Shown: positions 1 to 9,627 of the stretch, piece after piece
Numbering within the stretch: position 1 is the first letter of the stretch
Layout: every line of letters begins with the position of its first letter
Source: an uncultured delta proteobacterium
GTDB lineage: Bacteria; Desulfobacterota; Desulfobacteria; Desulfobacterales; JAHEIW01
Assembly (NCBI GenBank): GCA_963706575.1
Contig: CAVPNL010000001.1
Span: 96,001 to 160,000 of the forward strand
DNA length: 64,000 nt
Direction of reading: 5' to 3'
Made by a program: the position numbers and the translations under genes
The notes under the pieces: generated by a model
What the model saw: the letters and a program-made list of their open reading frames with translations, nothing else
What the model was told of the DNA's origin: nothing
Database searches by the model: none

Positions 1-196
1 GACCCCCGATGCGGTATGTATCATCGACAAGGCCCCCAATGTAGAAAACTTTTATTTGACCGGAGGGAATTCGGGTCACGGTTTTTGCCTGGGTCCGATT
101 ACGGGAAGGCTACTAGCGGAATGGATCGTTGATGGCGCACCCTCCATGGATTTGTCGGCGGTGCGCTGGACACGATTTGACGATATTTATCTTTGA
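1..196 (+). CDS. FAD-dependent oxidoreductase (D-amino acid oxidase / sarcosine oxidase beta / HcnC-OoxB family), C-terminal part, truncated by window start
   Basis: Manual translation from base 2: TPDAVCIIDKAPNVENFYLTGGNSGHGFCLGPITGRLLAEWIVDG...*, with the family TPD and GHGF..GP..G motifs. Precedes the 2Fe-2S and FAD subunits. Confidence 0.8.
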   Translation, partial: TPDAVCIIDKAPNVENFYLTGGNSGHGFCLGPITGRLLAEWIVDGAPSMDLSAVRWTRFDDIYL

Positions 197-231
197 TTGA
201 AGATATCCTTATTGAATATTAGGGAGATAGT

Positions 232-546
232 ATGACACAGGACTTGAGAATATGGAAGGATGTGCAACGCGGCCAGGCCTTTAAGATCGAAGTCGATGGT
301 GTAGCGGTTGTGGCTTATGAAGGGGAGACGGTCGCTGCAGCCCTCATGGCAGCCGGCATACGGACAACCAACAGGACGGTTCGGGGAGAAGCGCCCCGTG
401 GGGTTTGTTGCGGCATTGGTCTGTGTTACGGCTGTGCGATGGTCATTGATGGCGTGCCCAATACCCGGACATGTCAGACGCTGGCGCGGCCCGGGATGCG
501 CTTGGAAACCCAGAAAGGCTTGCGGGGATGGGAGGTGGCAGAGTGA
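232..546 (+). CDS. 2Fe-2S subunit (HcnA / sarcosine oxidase alpha N-terminal-like)
   Basis: GETVAAAL motif and CGIGLCYGC...C ligands; GGGAG RBS upstream. Confidence 0.85.
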   Translation: MTQDLRIWKDVQRGQAFKIEVDGVAVVAYEGETVAAALMAAGIRTTNRTVRGEAPRGVCCGIGLCYGCAMVIDGVPNTRTCQTLARPGMRLETQKGLRGWEVAE

Positions 547-1970
547 AAAATCCTGAATTGATCATCATCGGTGCGGGGCCCGGTGGAATCGCCGCTGCAG
601 TTGAAGCCGCAAGGGCAGGGGTAAGCGTCAAAATTTTAGATGAGAATCCGAAACCCGGTGGCCGGATTTACAGCCAGCTCAACGACGGGTTCAAACTGGT
701 AAATCCCGGGTTTCTGGGCCCGGATTATGAAAAGGGAAAAGCGCTTTTTACTGAGTTCGACGCTTTTCGCGAAAAGATCGATTACCTGCATGATGCTTTA
801 GTATTCGGTATATTTGAAAACCGGGTCATGGCCTATCATCAAGCGGGTATAGGACAGCGCCTATCGTTTAACAAGCTTATTGTGGCCACCGGTGCTTACG
901 ACCGACCGGTTCCATTCCCGGGCTGGACCCTGCCGGGTGTCTTGACCGCTGGAGGGGCCCAGACCCTGGTCAAAATGCAAAGGGTGTTGCCGGGCAGAAA
1001 TATTCTTTTTGCCGGCACGGGGCCATTGCAGCTGGTTGTAGCCACCCAGGTCCTGGATGGTGGCGGAACGGTTGAGGCCATCCTGGAGGCCGGTGCAATC
1101 AATAACTGGCTCAAATTACTAAAAGGATTCAGCCGCAATTGGGGGCTTTTGACCGATGGACTGCAATACATGCGCGCCATACGAAAAGCGGGTGTGCCCC
1201 TGTTGCGCAAGCATATCATATTGGAGGCCCGCGGAGACAATCAGGTGGAGGAGGCCGTTATTGCGGAGGTGGACAAGGACTGGCGCGCCATTGAAAAAAC
1301 GCGCCGTACCCTTAAGGTTGATACGATATGCCTCGGTTATGGTCTTGTGCCTTCGGTTGAACTGACGCGGTTGGTGGATTGTCAGCACAGATATGCGCCT
1401 GATCTGGGGGGCTGGATTCCGGCACGAAATGAGGACATGGAAACATCTGTGCCGGGCGTGTTTGCCGTGGGTGACGGCGCCGGCGTAGCCGGCAGCGCCA
1501 TGGCCATGTTTGAAGGAAGAATCGCCGGTATCTCCACCGCCCAATCCCTCGGTTATATTTCACCCGGGGAAGCCCGCAAGCGGAAAAAGCCCTATCTGAA
1601 TAACATGAAAAAAGTGGGGCGTTTGCGGGATGCCCTTAATCGGATATCTTACCCCCGAGCGGGCCTATTTGAACTCGCCAATGATGATACCATTATCTGT
1701 CGATGCGAAGAATTAACACTGGGGGATATTAAAAGCGCCATCAGCAAAGGCACCATCGAAATGAACGAGTTAAAGCGCATGACCCGCATGGGTATGGGTC
1801 GCTGTCAAGGCAGGATGTGCGCGCCGGCCGTCCAGGAAATCATCGCCAGACAGACCCAAACCCCGGCAGCCGAAATCGGGTATCTCAACCAGCGGCCGCC
1901 AACAAAGTTGGTTCCGATTCATGTATTGGAATCTTTGCCGGGAGAATTTGAGATTCGACATGGTTGGTAG
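543..1970 (+). CDS. FAD/NAD(P)-dependent oxidoreductase with C-terminal BFD-like Fe-S domain (HcnB/OoxA family)
   Basis: GAGPGG, ATGA.DRP.PFPGWTLPGV, CRCEE and GMGRCQGRMC motifs. GTG start at 543 overlaps the upstream stop. Confidence 0.88.
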   Translation: MKNPELIIIGAGPGGIAAAVEAARAGVSVKILDENPKPGGRIYSQLNDGFKLVNPGFLGPDYEKGKALFTEFDAFREKIDYLHDALVFGIFENRVMAYHQAGIGQRLSFNKLIVATGAYDRPVPFPGWTLPGVLTAGGAQTLVKMQRVLPGRNILFAGTGPLQLVVATQVLDGGGTVEAILEAGAINNWLKLLKGFSRNWGLLTDGLQYMRAIRKAGVPLLRKHIILEARGDNQVEEAVIAEVDKDWRAIEKTRRTLKVDTICLGYGLVPSVELTRLVDCQHRYAPDLGGWIPARNEDMETSVPGVFAVGDGAGVAGSAMAMFEGRIAGISTAQSLGYISPGEARKRKKPYLNNMKKVGRLRDALNRISYPRAGLFELANDDTIICRCEELTLGDIKSAISKGTIEMNELKRMTRMGMGRCQGRMCAPAVQEIIARQTQTPAAEIGYLNQRPPTKLVPIHVLESLPGEFEIRHGW

Positions 1971-1975
1971 GTTGA

Positions 1976-2270
1976 TTATTCAAGTAGAGAACGGCTAATG
2001 ACAATGTTTTGAATGGACGTTGCGTCCGACCCTGCATTGGGTTCCGTCAATAAAAACGCTCCAATGGCTTCACCGGACATCAATTTGCCCAGGTTTCGGT
2101 CGCGAAGCGCTTTATTCACGATAAGGGAGGCCGCAATCGTCACAACGTTATGAACCGCCAGGGCACAGGTAAACCCGATATCGATCTTGGCCAATTCTTC
2201 ATAAACACGTGCAATGGTGGCCGCCGAACTCCCGTTCCCTTCAAATCCTTTATGTTTTCTAAGGCATCCA
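1976..2270 (-). pseudogene. Internal fragment of an acyl-CoA dehydrogenase
   Basis: Reads ..IARVYEELAKIDIG...IGAFLLTEPNAGSDA.. (ACAD signature); lacks the N-terminus and the C-terminal two-thirds. Confidence 0.7.
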
Positions 2271-2277
2271 TCGTATA

Positions 2278-3240
2278 TTACGACAGATTCTCTAACGCTT
2301 CTCTTGCGGCCTCTTTGACTTCTGCCGCATATTCTCCTTTCAATATGCTTTCCAGCAGAGGCGCTGTTTCAATTGGCGTCATTTGACCCAAAATATACAC
2401 GAGATCTCCCTTTACCCGATTATCAACTTTATCAAACCGCTGCCACAGGGGGTTGATGGTTTGAGCCGCCAGGTCGGGATTTTTCTCGATGAGTTCCTCC
2501 ATCACTACCATCGCACCCAAACGAACCGGCCACTTTGTATGGATCAAAAGCTTATAAAAGGCAGGAAAGATTTCTGCTTTGTTCAGCATCATTTCTGTGA
2601 GTTGACCGGCTTTGCCCTCCTTTAGCATCATTTCCAAAGAGGCCGGCCCTAAAACACTGGGATCGCGGTTTACCATCATCTCAATGATCTCGTTGAGTTG
2701 AATCGTTCCGGTCCAGCGGAATTGTCCTTCTAAAATCAAGGTGGGCACGGATTGAATGCTGTCTTTTTCGGCAAGTTCGGGAAAATGCATCGCGTCGACA
2801 ACCGTTAATCGAATGTTGGGGTTCAAACTTAACAGCGGAAGCAGCTGTTGTACGGCGCCCGGGCAGAATGTGCACTGGGGCGAGACGTAAATAACCAGAT
2901 GGGTTGGCAAATCTATTTGGGTCAACCCGGTCGTTGCTGCCCCCTCAATCTGAGTTGCCTCCCTATCTTTCAATTGAAGGGCTTCAATAAACGGTCCGAC
3001 CTCGGTGCCCGCAGGAATTGCCTGGTACCGCAATCCATTGTGAACCTGGATAGCCGGAACCTCATCCGGATCTCCCTCTTCTTTTTTGACAAGAATTTTC
3101 GGTACCCGTTGAACAAGATCGTCGCAAAATTGCCTCATTGCGGGGCTTTTCTCATGGTCGGATTCAATGAGCTCGATCTGGATTTCTTTTGATAAACTTT
3201 CATTCAGAGCCGCAAACTGCTTTTTTTCGGCAGGCGTCAT
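2278..3240 (-). CDS. Thioredoxin-fold protein (AhpF N-terminal-like) with C-terminal HEAT-like repeats
   Basis: RYQAIPAGTE, CTFC redox motif, IQSVP cis-Pro loop; helical C-terminal domain. Confidence 0.75.
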   Translation of the reverse strand: MTPAEKKQFAALNESLSKEIQIELIESDHEKSPAMRQFCDDLVQRVPKILVKKEEGDPDEVPAIQVHNGLRYQAIPAGTEVGPFIEALQLKDREATQIEGAATTGLTQIDLPTHLVIYVSPQCTFCPGAVQQLLPLLSLNPNIRLTVVDAMHFPELAEKDSIQSVPTLILEGQFRWTGTIQLNEIIEMMVNRDPSVLGPASLEMMLKEGKAGQLTEMMLNKAEIFPAFYKLLIHTKWPVRLGAMVVMEELIEKNPDLAAQTINPLWQRFDKVDNRVKGDLVYILGQMTPIETAPLLESILKGEYAAEVKEAAREALENLS

Positions 3241-3248
3241 TTATTCTC

Positions 3249-3414
3249 GGTTCAGGGTTCAGGGTTCAGGGTTTAGGGTTCAGGGTTTAGGGTTCAGGGT
3301 TCAGAGGTTCAAGGTTTAAGGATTTGTTAAATTAGTTTTATTGGTCTCATTGGTTGAATCGGTTGGTTTGAACTCAACCAATTGAACTTATTAAACCAAT
3401 CAAACCAATATAAC
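3249..3414. repeat. Repeat family B, copy 1: (GGTTYAG)x8 heptamer tract followed by an imperfect palindrome of ~9-mer units
   Basis: Eight contiguous GGTTCAG/GGTTTAG units at 3249-3304. The palindromic part (..TTGGTTGAA...AACCAATTGAAC..AAACCAATCAAACCA) recurs at 36344-36469. Confidence 0.9.
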
Positions 3415-3577
3415 GTGCGGGTGAAACCCGCAATCTTTATTACATGGGGCCTTGCAATGCAAGCTAAAATTCATAGTCTAGGTTTGAATAAAATGATTGA
3501 ATAATTATTCGATCTGTTCAATTATCAATTCAAGGCATTCCTTGACTTGTCGTTTTTTATGATGATATAGGCCATTA

Positions 3578-3723
3578 TAGAACCCTACTCAAAAATGTCT
3601 TTGGGCCCAATATCTTTGTTGGTGCCTCGTTTAAAATCCTCAACATACAACAGTATGCCTGCGGTTTTAAACTCGGCCCCGCCGCGATCTTGAACCAAAA
3701 TCCTATTTTTGAGTAGGGTTCTA
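3578..3723. mobile_element. MITE-like element, family C, copy 1
   Basis: Perfect 19-bp terminal inverted repeats TAGAACCCTACTCAAAAAT / ATTTTTGAGTAGGGTTCTA; internal CATAC..GTATG hairpin; closely similar copy at 17312-17514. Confidence 0.8.
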
Positions 3724-3785
3724 AGAATAATCGATCCGGCTTTGCGGTCTATCGAAGCCTTCGGCAGAAAGGAGAAATCGAGGTT

Positions 3786-4280
3786 ATGGATTCTGAAAGT
3801 CTGTTGAAAGATAAAATTGTATTGGCGGTGGATGATGAGGTCGATGTTACCGATACCATCGTAGAGGTTTTGGACATGTGCCTGGTGCGGAAAGCCAATG
3901 ATTATGAAACCGCCCGTCAGCTTTTGATGAGTTACACGTTTGATATTGTCATCCTGGATATCATGGGCGTAAATGGCTTCGAACTTTTAAAGACCTCTGT
4001 CAAACGGGGGTTCCCCACCGTAATGCTGACCGCCTATGCATTGACACCGGAGGCCCTCGAAAAATCGATTAAACTGGGTGCGGTTTCCTTCCTGCCAAAG
4101 GAAAAAATGAGCGACCTGGACGAATTCTTGGCCGATGTGGTCCTGAAAGGCGGGCAACCGGTCTGGGGCAAGCTCTTTGATAAACTCGGCGATTTTTTCA
4201 ATAAACGCTTCGGGCCGGACTGGAAACAGCGCAACCAATTTTTCGAAGACTTCGAGCAATCCATCAAATCGGAAAAATAG
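3786..4280 (+). CDS. Response regulator receiver protein (no DNA-binding domain)
   Basis: VDDE, ILDIMG (phospho-Asp), MLTA, PK motifs. Confidence 0.9.
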   Translation: MDSESLLKDKIVLAVDDEVDVTDTIVEVLDMCLVRKANDYETARQLLMSYTFDIVILDIMGVNGFELLKTSVKRGFPTVMLTAYALTPEALEKSIKLGAVSFLPKEKMSDLDEFLADVVLKGGQPVWGKLFDKLGDFFNKRFGPDWKQRNQFFEDFEQSIKSEK

Positions 4281-4319
4281 GTTGAGTCCGGATAGAACAA
4301 GACCTGTTTTCGCTTAATT

Positions 4320-4745
4320 ATGAAACTATCCAAGCAACAGATCAAAGAGACGCTCATATGCTGGAATGCGGCCTGGGATACCCACGATCTGGATGGCGTC
4401 ATGGCGCTTTTTCATAAAGACGTCTTATTTGAGAATTGGACAGGTGGTAAGGTCAAAGGAAAAGCGTCTTTGCGCAAGGCCTGGGCGCCCTGGTTTGAAA
4501 AACATGGCGGATTTCGATTCATCCCTGAAGATACCTTCATCGATGAAGCGGAGCAGAAGGCTCTTTATCGCTGGCAGCTCCAATGGCCGTCCCTTGAAGA
4601 AGGCTATGAAGGCCACCCCGAAACTCGCAGGGGTGTGGACGTGATCCACTTCCAAGACGGAAAAATCATCAAAAAACTGACCTATTCTAAAACCACCATC
4701 GAGATCGACGGCCAAAGGCGCCAACTTTTCGTTTCGGGGGCTTAA
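4320..4745 (+). CDS. SnoaL/NTF2-like protein
   Basis: WDTHDLDGVMALF...RGVDVIHFQDGKI pattern. Confidence 0.8.
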   Translation: MKLSKQQIKETLICWNAAWDTHDLDGVMALFHKDVLFENWTGGKVKGKASLRKAWAPWFEKHGGFRFIPEDTFIDEAEQKALYRWQLQWPSLEEGYEGHPETRRGVDVIHFQDGKIIKKLTYSKTTIEIDGQRRQLFVSGA

Positions 4746-5016
4746 GTATAGAATTTGGCATTCAAAGGCAAAAAAAATCGATTTGTAAATCCAGATTAAG
4801 TATTGAATCTATTGGCTTTTGATATAGCAGTTTCTGTAAACGCACACATTGTAGAGGCTGAGGGCAATCATCGGCCTCAATTTGTCTAATATTTTTGCTT
4901 GACAAAAAATCAAATAGCTGTGATATAGCTATCAAATCATCTTTGGCGAATGAATCGTGTTCATTTTTTGAAATTTACTATTCCTAAAAGGGAATACTTC
5001 AAAGCAGGGCTGGGAA

Positions 5017-5526
5017 ATGGAAACAGAAAAACTGCTTCAAGGGAAAAGGGTGTTGATAGTTGATGACGAACCCGACATCCTTGATTCTTTGACTGATCTT
5101 TTGAGCATCTGTATGATTGATCGTGCATCTACATTTGAGGAAGCAAAAGAGCTTCTTGAAACACATAACTACGACGTTGCGGTTCTTGACATCATGGGCG
5201 TTCAGGGATTCAAACTTCTCCAGATTGCAAAAGAACAAGACATTCCTGCTCTAATGCTCACCGCCCATGCTTTAGGCGAAGAGACCTTGACGAAATCCGC
5301 AGAAGAGGGAGCTTCCTACTATGTTCCTAAGCACGAAATAGCAAATATTGATTTGTATGTCGCAGATGTTATTGAGGCCAGAGAGAAAAAGAAGAACCCG
5401 TGGGTCAGGTGGTTCGAGAGACTCGGCCCTTTTTTTGAAAAACGGACAAATTTTAGAGGTCCGAATTGGAGAGAAGATCATAAGAAATTTTGGGATGAGA
5501 AGCTCAAGCAGTTGACAGGCTATTGA
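5017..5526 (+). CDS. Response regulator receiver protein, paralog of 3786-4280
   Basis: VDDE, VLDIMGV, MLTAHA motifs; shares the W..F..LG.FF.KR..GP.W tail. Confidence 0.9.
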   Translation: METEKLLQGKRVLIVDDEPDILDSLTDLLSICMIDRASTFEEAKELLETHNYDVAVLDIMGVQGFKLLQIAKEQDIPALMLTAHALGEETLTKSAEEGASYYVPKHEIANIDLYVADVIEAREKKKNPWVRWFERLGPFFEKRTNFRGPNWREDHKKFWDEKLKQLTGY

Positions 5527-5726
5527 TAATGCTGCTCATATTTCCCTTTGGGATTCATTTTAGGGAAGTGTAACAATACAACTGAACTTAATTTATAAGT
5601 CACAATTTCCTTTTACCATGGGAAAGTTAAACCGGCTTGGTGGTGAAAACGGAAAATTTGTCACCGGTACTGACTTCGGCAGAGGCAATTTCAGCAGCTC
5701 TAAACCATACAAAAGGAGGAAAAATA

Positions 5727-6848
5727 ATGAAGAAAGCATCCCTAATCGTGTTAGCCGTAGTGCTAGCTGTGAGCATGGTTGTTCTGGCCTGGTCTGCGCC
5801 AGCTAGTGCTCGCGAGAAGGTTCAGCTCGATTTCGCTACTTTCTGGCCGGCTGGCGACTTCCAGGCCGGAATCGGGTTCAAGACTTGGATGAAGACCATA
5901 GGGGACCGTGTTAAGGCCGAGACCGACTATGAGATCGAGTGGACCGAGTTCTACGGCGTGCATCCAGCGAAGCTATTGGATGGTATTGAGGCCGGAACTT
6001 ACGATGTCGGGACAAGCGGTCCGGGTTATAGTCCTGGCGTTTTTCCCTTGTGGGCTGGTCCCCAGTACCCAGGCGAAGCTTACAGAAAGAACGCTTACAC
6101 GATGTCGTTGACCATACAGGCACTTCATGAACAGATGCCCGAGCTGCAGGCACAATTCGACCGCACAAAAATGAAGCTGATGCATTTCTGGTCCACTGGG
6201 CCGGGCTACTTCCTTATGACTCCAGATAAAAACGTTCGAACGCTGGCTGACTTTTCAGGTAAGACCATCAGAGCGGCCAACCCCGCATCCGTGGCTTGTA
6301 TTGAAGCTTTGGGAGCAAAACCTCTTTTCGCCCCCATGAGTGTGGCGCTCGAGCGGTTTGAGGCCAAACTGATCGATGGCATCCTCTGTCCCACTGACAC
6401 GCCCAAGGGCTTCGGTCTGGGTTCATATGTGCGGCATGTTACCTTCGCTCCATTCAGCTACCACTTCGTGTTCTTCAAGGTAATGAACAAGGATGCCTAT
6501 GATCGCTTGCCGGCAAAGGTGAAAACTATCTTTGATGAGGTCAACGCTGCCTATCCTGCATACTACGGCCAGTTGAGAACATGGGGTGAGGCAGATGGGC
6601 TAGAGTACATGAAAGGTCTTGAGGGCTACACCTACTATGATGTGCGCGCAGAGAATCCGGCTGAATATGCTAAATGGGTTGGCGCAACAGCTGGTCTCAT
6701 CGACAAGTGGATCGGCGGTGACGCCAAGAAGAAGGCAGTGTGGAACAAGTTCCTCGAACTGGATAAGTACTATAGCACGACGCCCCCGTATTCTACCTGG
6801 ACACACAGCTGGCCAACTCCGCCGGTGCCACCCTCTGGGAAAAAGTAG
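5727..6848 (+). CDS. dctP: TRAP transporter substrate-binding protein
   Basis: Signal peptide, DFSGKTIR motif, AGGAGG RBS; followed by dctQ and dctM. Confidence 0.85.
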   Translation: MKKASLIVLAVVLAVSMVVLAWSAPASAREKVQLDFATFWPAGDFQAGIGFKTWMKTIGDRVKAETDYEIEWTEFYGVHPAKLLDGIEAGTYDVGTSGPGYSPGVFPLWAGPQYPGEAYRKNAYTMSLTIQALHEQMPELQAQFDRTKMKLMHFWSTGPGYFLMTPDKNVRTLADFSGKTIRAANPASVACIEALGAKPLFAPMSVALERFEAKLIDGILCPTDTPKGFGLGSYVRHVTFAPFSYHFVFFKVMNKDAYDRLPAKVKTIFDEVNAAYPAYYGQLRTWGEADGLEYMKGLEGYTYYDVRAENPAEYAKWVGATAGLIDKWIGGDAKKKAVWNKFLELDKYYSTTPPYSTWTHSWPTPPVPPSGKK

Positions 6849-6898
6849 GATGATCAACGTGGATTTGGCGTGATGTCGGTCAGAGTACGGTAAGGAGG

Positions 6899-6941
6899 TT
6901 GGGGTACCCCGGGGAGAAACCCGTGGTACCCCAGCTGTTTT
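6899..6941 (+). terminator. Stem-loop after dctP (terminator or mRNA-stabilising hairpin)
   Basis: TGGGGTACC...GGTACCCCA stem followed by GCTGTTTT. Confidence 0.55.
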
Positions 6942-6990
6942 GAGGGAAAACCTGACTGGTTGCTTAGGACAAAAGACACAGGAGGGCCGG

Positions 6991-7482
6991 ATGAATACTT
7001 TCGAAAAAGTGCTGGGGTTTGTCGCAGAGAAGATGGCCTGGATTGCCATGTTCGCCATTGTGGCGTGTATGGCCCTTGTGGTAACGGATGTGATTAGGTA
7101 TCAAGCTGTCCATAAGCCGCTTCCCGGTACTCACGAGGTTGTGGAGCTGATAGCCTCCGTGATCCTGAGCATGGGAATCGGCTACCTTACGTTTGTGAGA
7201 GGACATGTGGCGGTGGGTATCCTGGTGGACAGCTTTCGGCCCCGAGTGCAGGCCGTCTTTGACCTCGTGACCGGTGTGATTTCTCTTGGCTTTACAATCT
7301 GGCTCACCGAGGGAACGCTCGAAATGGCCATTCGAAATTTCAGATACGGATGGGTGACGGGAGTTTTGGCAATTCCCAGGGCTCCTTTTATGTTTTTGAT
7401 TGCCGTGTCACTGGCACTCGCATGCGTGGTTCTTGTCAGGGACGTGATCAAGTCGGTGATGGTGATCCGAAAAGGAGGTTGA
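6991..7482 (+). CDS. dctQ: TRAP transporter small permease
   Basis: Four hydrophobic segments, GHVAV motif, GGAGG RBS. Confidence 0.9.
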   Translation: MNTFEKVLGFVAEKMAWIAMFAIVACMALVVTDVIRYQAVHKPLPGTHEVVELIASVILSMGIGYLTFVRGHVAVGILVDSFRPRVQAVFDLVTGVISLGFTIWLTEGTLEMAIRNFRYGWVTGVLAIPRAPFMFLIAVSLALACVVLVRDVIKSVMVIRKGG

Positions 7483-7483
7483 G

Positions 7484-8788
7484 ATGGAGCGAGAGCTGAT
7501 AGGAGTCCTATCCGTGATTGTCATGGTTGTGCTTCTTCTTGCCCGCATGCCTGTGGCTTTCGTGATGCTGGTGCTGGGCATGGCCGGTATTGGTTTGATT
7601 AAGGGTACGGCGGCCGCGTTGGGTGCTGCGTCCTCGATTATGTACGGGACATTTGCCAGCTATGCTCTGGTGGTTGTTCCCCTTTTCACCTGGATGGGCT
7701 ACATCGGCTACCACTCCGGCATCAGCGAGCACCTGTACGACGCCGCATACAAACTGGTGGGCCGGCTCAAGGGTGGCCTGGCCATGGCTACCACCATAGC
7801 CTGCGCCGCTTTCGGCGCCATCTGCGGTTCTACGACGGCTACTTCAGCGACCTTCGCGGCCCTGGCATTACCCGAGATGAAGAAACGGGGTTACAATCAC
7901 TCTCTGGCCACAGCCAATGTCGCGGCCTCGGGCATCCTGGGAGTGCTGATTCCGCCCAGCGTCATCTTCATCGTCTATGCCAGTATCACGGCAGAGAGCG
8001 TGGCTAAGCTTTTCATTGCCGGTATCTTTCCCGGCCTGCTTCTGGGAGTTCTTTTCTTGGGTGCCACTTACGTGGTGGTAGCCCTCGATCCGAAAAAGGC
8101 ACCGCCCGGTCCGTATTTTCCCTGGAAACAAAGGATCATTGCGTTGGCTAAAGGAGGGATAGAGGTCATCATCATCTTTGTGGCTGTGATTGGAGGGCTG
8201 CTGGCCGGGTTCTTCACAGGCACCGAGGCCGGATCGGTGGGCTGTTTTGCCACGCTGCTGGTGGTGCTGGCCAGGCGGGTCCTCACCTGGCAGGGCTTTG
8301 TAAACTCGCTGAAAGACACCGTCCGCACATCGACCATGGTCATGTTCCTGGTAGGTGCGGCAGCCGTCTACGGGGAGTTTCTTGGTCTGACACGCCTTCC
8401 CATGCTTGTGGCGGACTGGGTGGTGGCGCTTCCTCTGCCGCCCTGGCTTATCATCATTGCCGTTCTTCTCATCCTCATGACAATGGGCTGCTTTGTCGAC
8501 GCCCTGGCTATGGTTTTGCTGACCATACCCATTTTTTACCCGGCGGCATTGAAGCTGGGCTTCGACGGGACATGGTTCGGGGTTATCATGACGCTGGCCC
8601 TGGGGATGGGCGTGCTGACACCCCCTGTGGGCGCCAATGTCTATGTCGTGTACGCCGTGGACAAGGAAACACCGGTCATGGATATTTTCAGGGGGGTATG
8701 GCCTTACCTGATCGGCCTGTGGATTTGCTGTCTCATCCTGCTGGTTTTCCCCCAGGTTGCCCTTTACCTGCCCAGTTTTATTAAATAG
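7484..8788 (+). CDS. dctM: TRAP transporter large permease
   Basis: LIPPS, TEAG and LTPPVG motifs; polytopic membrane protein. Confidence 0.93.
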   Translation: MERELIGVLSVIVMVVLLLARMPVAFVMLVLGMAGIGLIKGTAAALGAASSIMYGTFASYALVVVPLFTWMGYIGYHSGISEHLYDAAYKLVGRLKGGLAMATTIACAAFGAICGSTTATSATFAALALPEMKKRGYNHSLATANVAASGILGVLIPPSVIFIVYASITAESVAKLFIAGIFPGLLLGVLFLGATYVVVALDPKKAPPGPYFPWKQRIIALAKGGIEVIIIFVAVIGGLLAGFFTGTEAGSVGCFATLLVVLARRVLTWQGFVNSLKDTVRTSTMVMFLVGAAAVYGEFLGLTRLPMLVADWVVALPLPPWLIIIAVLLILMTMGCFVDALAMVLLTIPIFYPAALKLGFDGTWFGVIMTLALGMGVLTPPVGANVYVVYAVDKETPVMDIFRGVWPYLIGLWICCLILLVFPQVALYLPSFIK

Positions 8789-8894
8789 GGCCTGGGGACG
8801 GACCCTGTTTTTGGAGAGCTGAGATTTTCCCTCTCGCCCAAAAAGGGAGACCCCTTCCGGACTTTGATATTTTTTGAAGAAGGAGAAACGGTCG

Positions 8895-9038
8895 ATGGCT
8901 GTGCCTCGTGGTCCTCTGGACCGGGCGCTGCGCTACCGCTGGGTTATTTTCTGGATACTGGCTTGCGGCTATGTGCTGGTCTATTTTCACCGGCTTTGTG
9001 CGGCGGTGCTGGCGGTGGACATGATGCGCATGGCTTAA
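8895..9038 (+). pseudogene. Truncated MFS transporter (N-terminal 47 aa), not in ORF track
   Basis: AAGGAG RBS, then MAVPRGPLDRALRYRWVIFWILACGYVLVYFHRLCAAVLAVDMMRMA*, a typical MFS TM1 (YRW..F...Y..VYFHR). Ends where the IS remnant begins. Confidence 0.7.
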
Positions 9039-9411
9039 CCGAACTTCATCCTCAGAAAAATTATATTGTGTAATATCAGAATGATAGCCGCATAGAAACC
9101 TCGATTTTGACACTACGGATTTTAGAATTCCTATAGGACCGTCTTCACTATTCTCCCAGGTTGATACGATGATTTAGTGCGTCATATATTGCCTGGTGTG
9201 ATGGTTCAGCCTTGGACGATTTTCGGATATGGACAGCTTTATTGTCTTTTCGCTTCATGTTAGTTGTAAGCCGTACCTGTGTTGATTGCTGTTTGCGAAT
9301 TGTCGTCCAGCAAAAATGAATGCCTTGTCGTCGAAGCTTATAGCGAATCGTATGCAAGAGATGGTAGGCAATAGTGGTTATAAAAAGATGACCATCTCAG
9401 CGCCTCTCTTT
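9039..9411 (-). mobile_element. IS1634-family transposase C-terminal remnant with probable element end
   Basis: Minus strand reads KERR*DGHLFITTIAYHLLHTIRYKLRRQGIHFCWTTIRK..HIRKSSKAE..IYDAL, like the IS1634 C-terminus, with an in-frame stop. Boundaries are approximate. Confidence 0.7.
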
Positions 9412-9520
9412 CGCTCAGGATTGAAAACTTCAGCGTATATCACGACGCGATTCCGGCACTTAAAGGCGTATCGATCGAAGTACCCAAAGGCGAAATCGTC
9501 TTGTTTAGCGACTTTCTTTC

Positions 9521-9582
9521 TTGACACACCCGGCGCCTTCCTTTATATTCCACTACTTATACCTAAAGGGTATACTGTATAC
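9521..9582 (+). promoter_or_regulatory. Sigma70-type promoter and candidate operator for acd
   Basis: TTGACA (9521) - 17 bp - TATATT (9544); downstream palindromes TATACC-N5-GGTATA and GTATAC-T-GTATAC. Confidence 0.6.
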
Positions 9583-9627
9583 GAAATTATCATTTTGCCA
9601 AAATAAAATCAGTTTTAGGAGGAAAAA

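Noticed and set aside
3249..3320. Eukaryotic telomere contamination or a chromosome end
   Set aside because: The tract is short, embedded between ordinary bacterial genes, and attached to a repeat that recurs at 36344.
9397..9399. In-frame TGA as selenocysteine
   Set aside because: It lies in a truncated transposase remnant, so a nonsense mutation is the simpler explanation.
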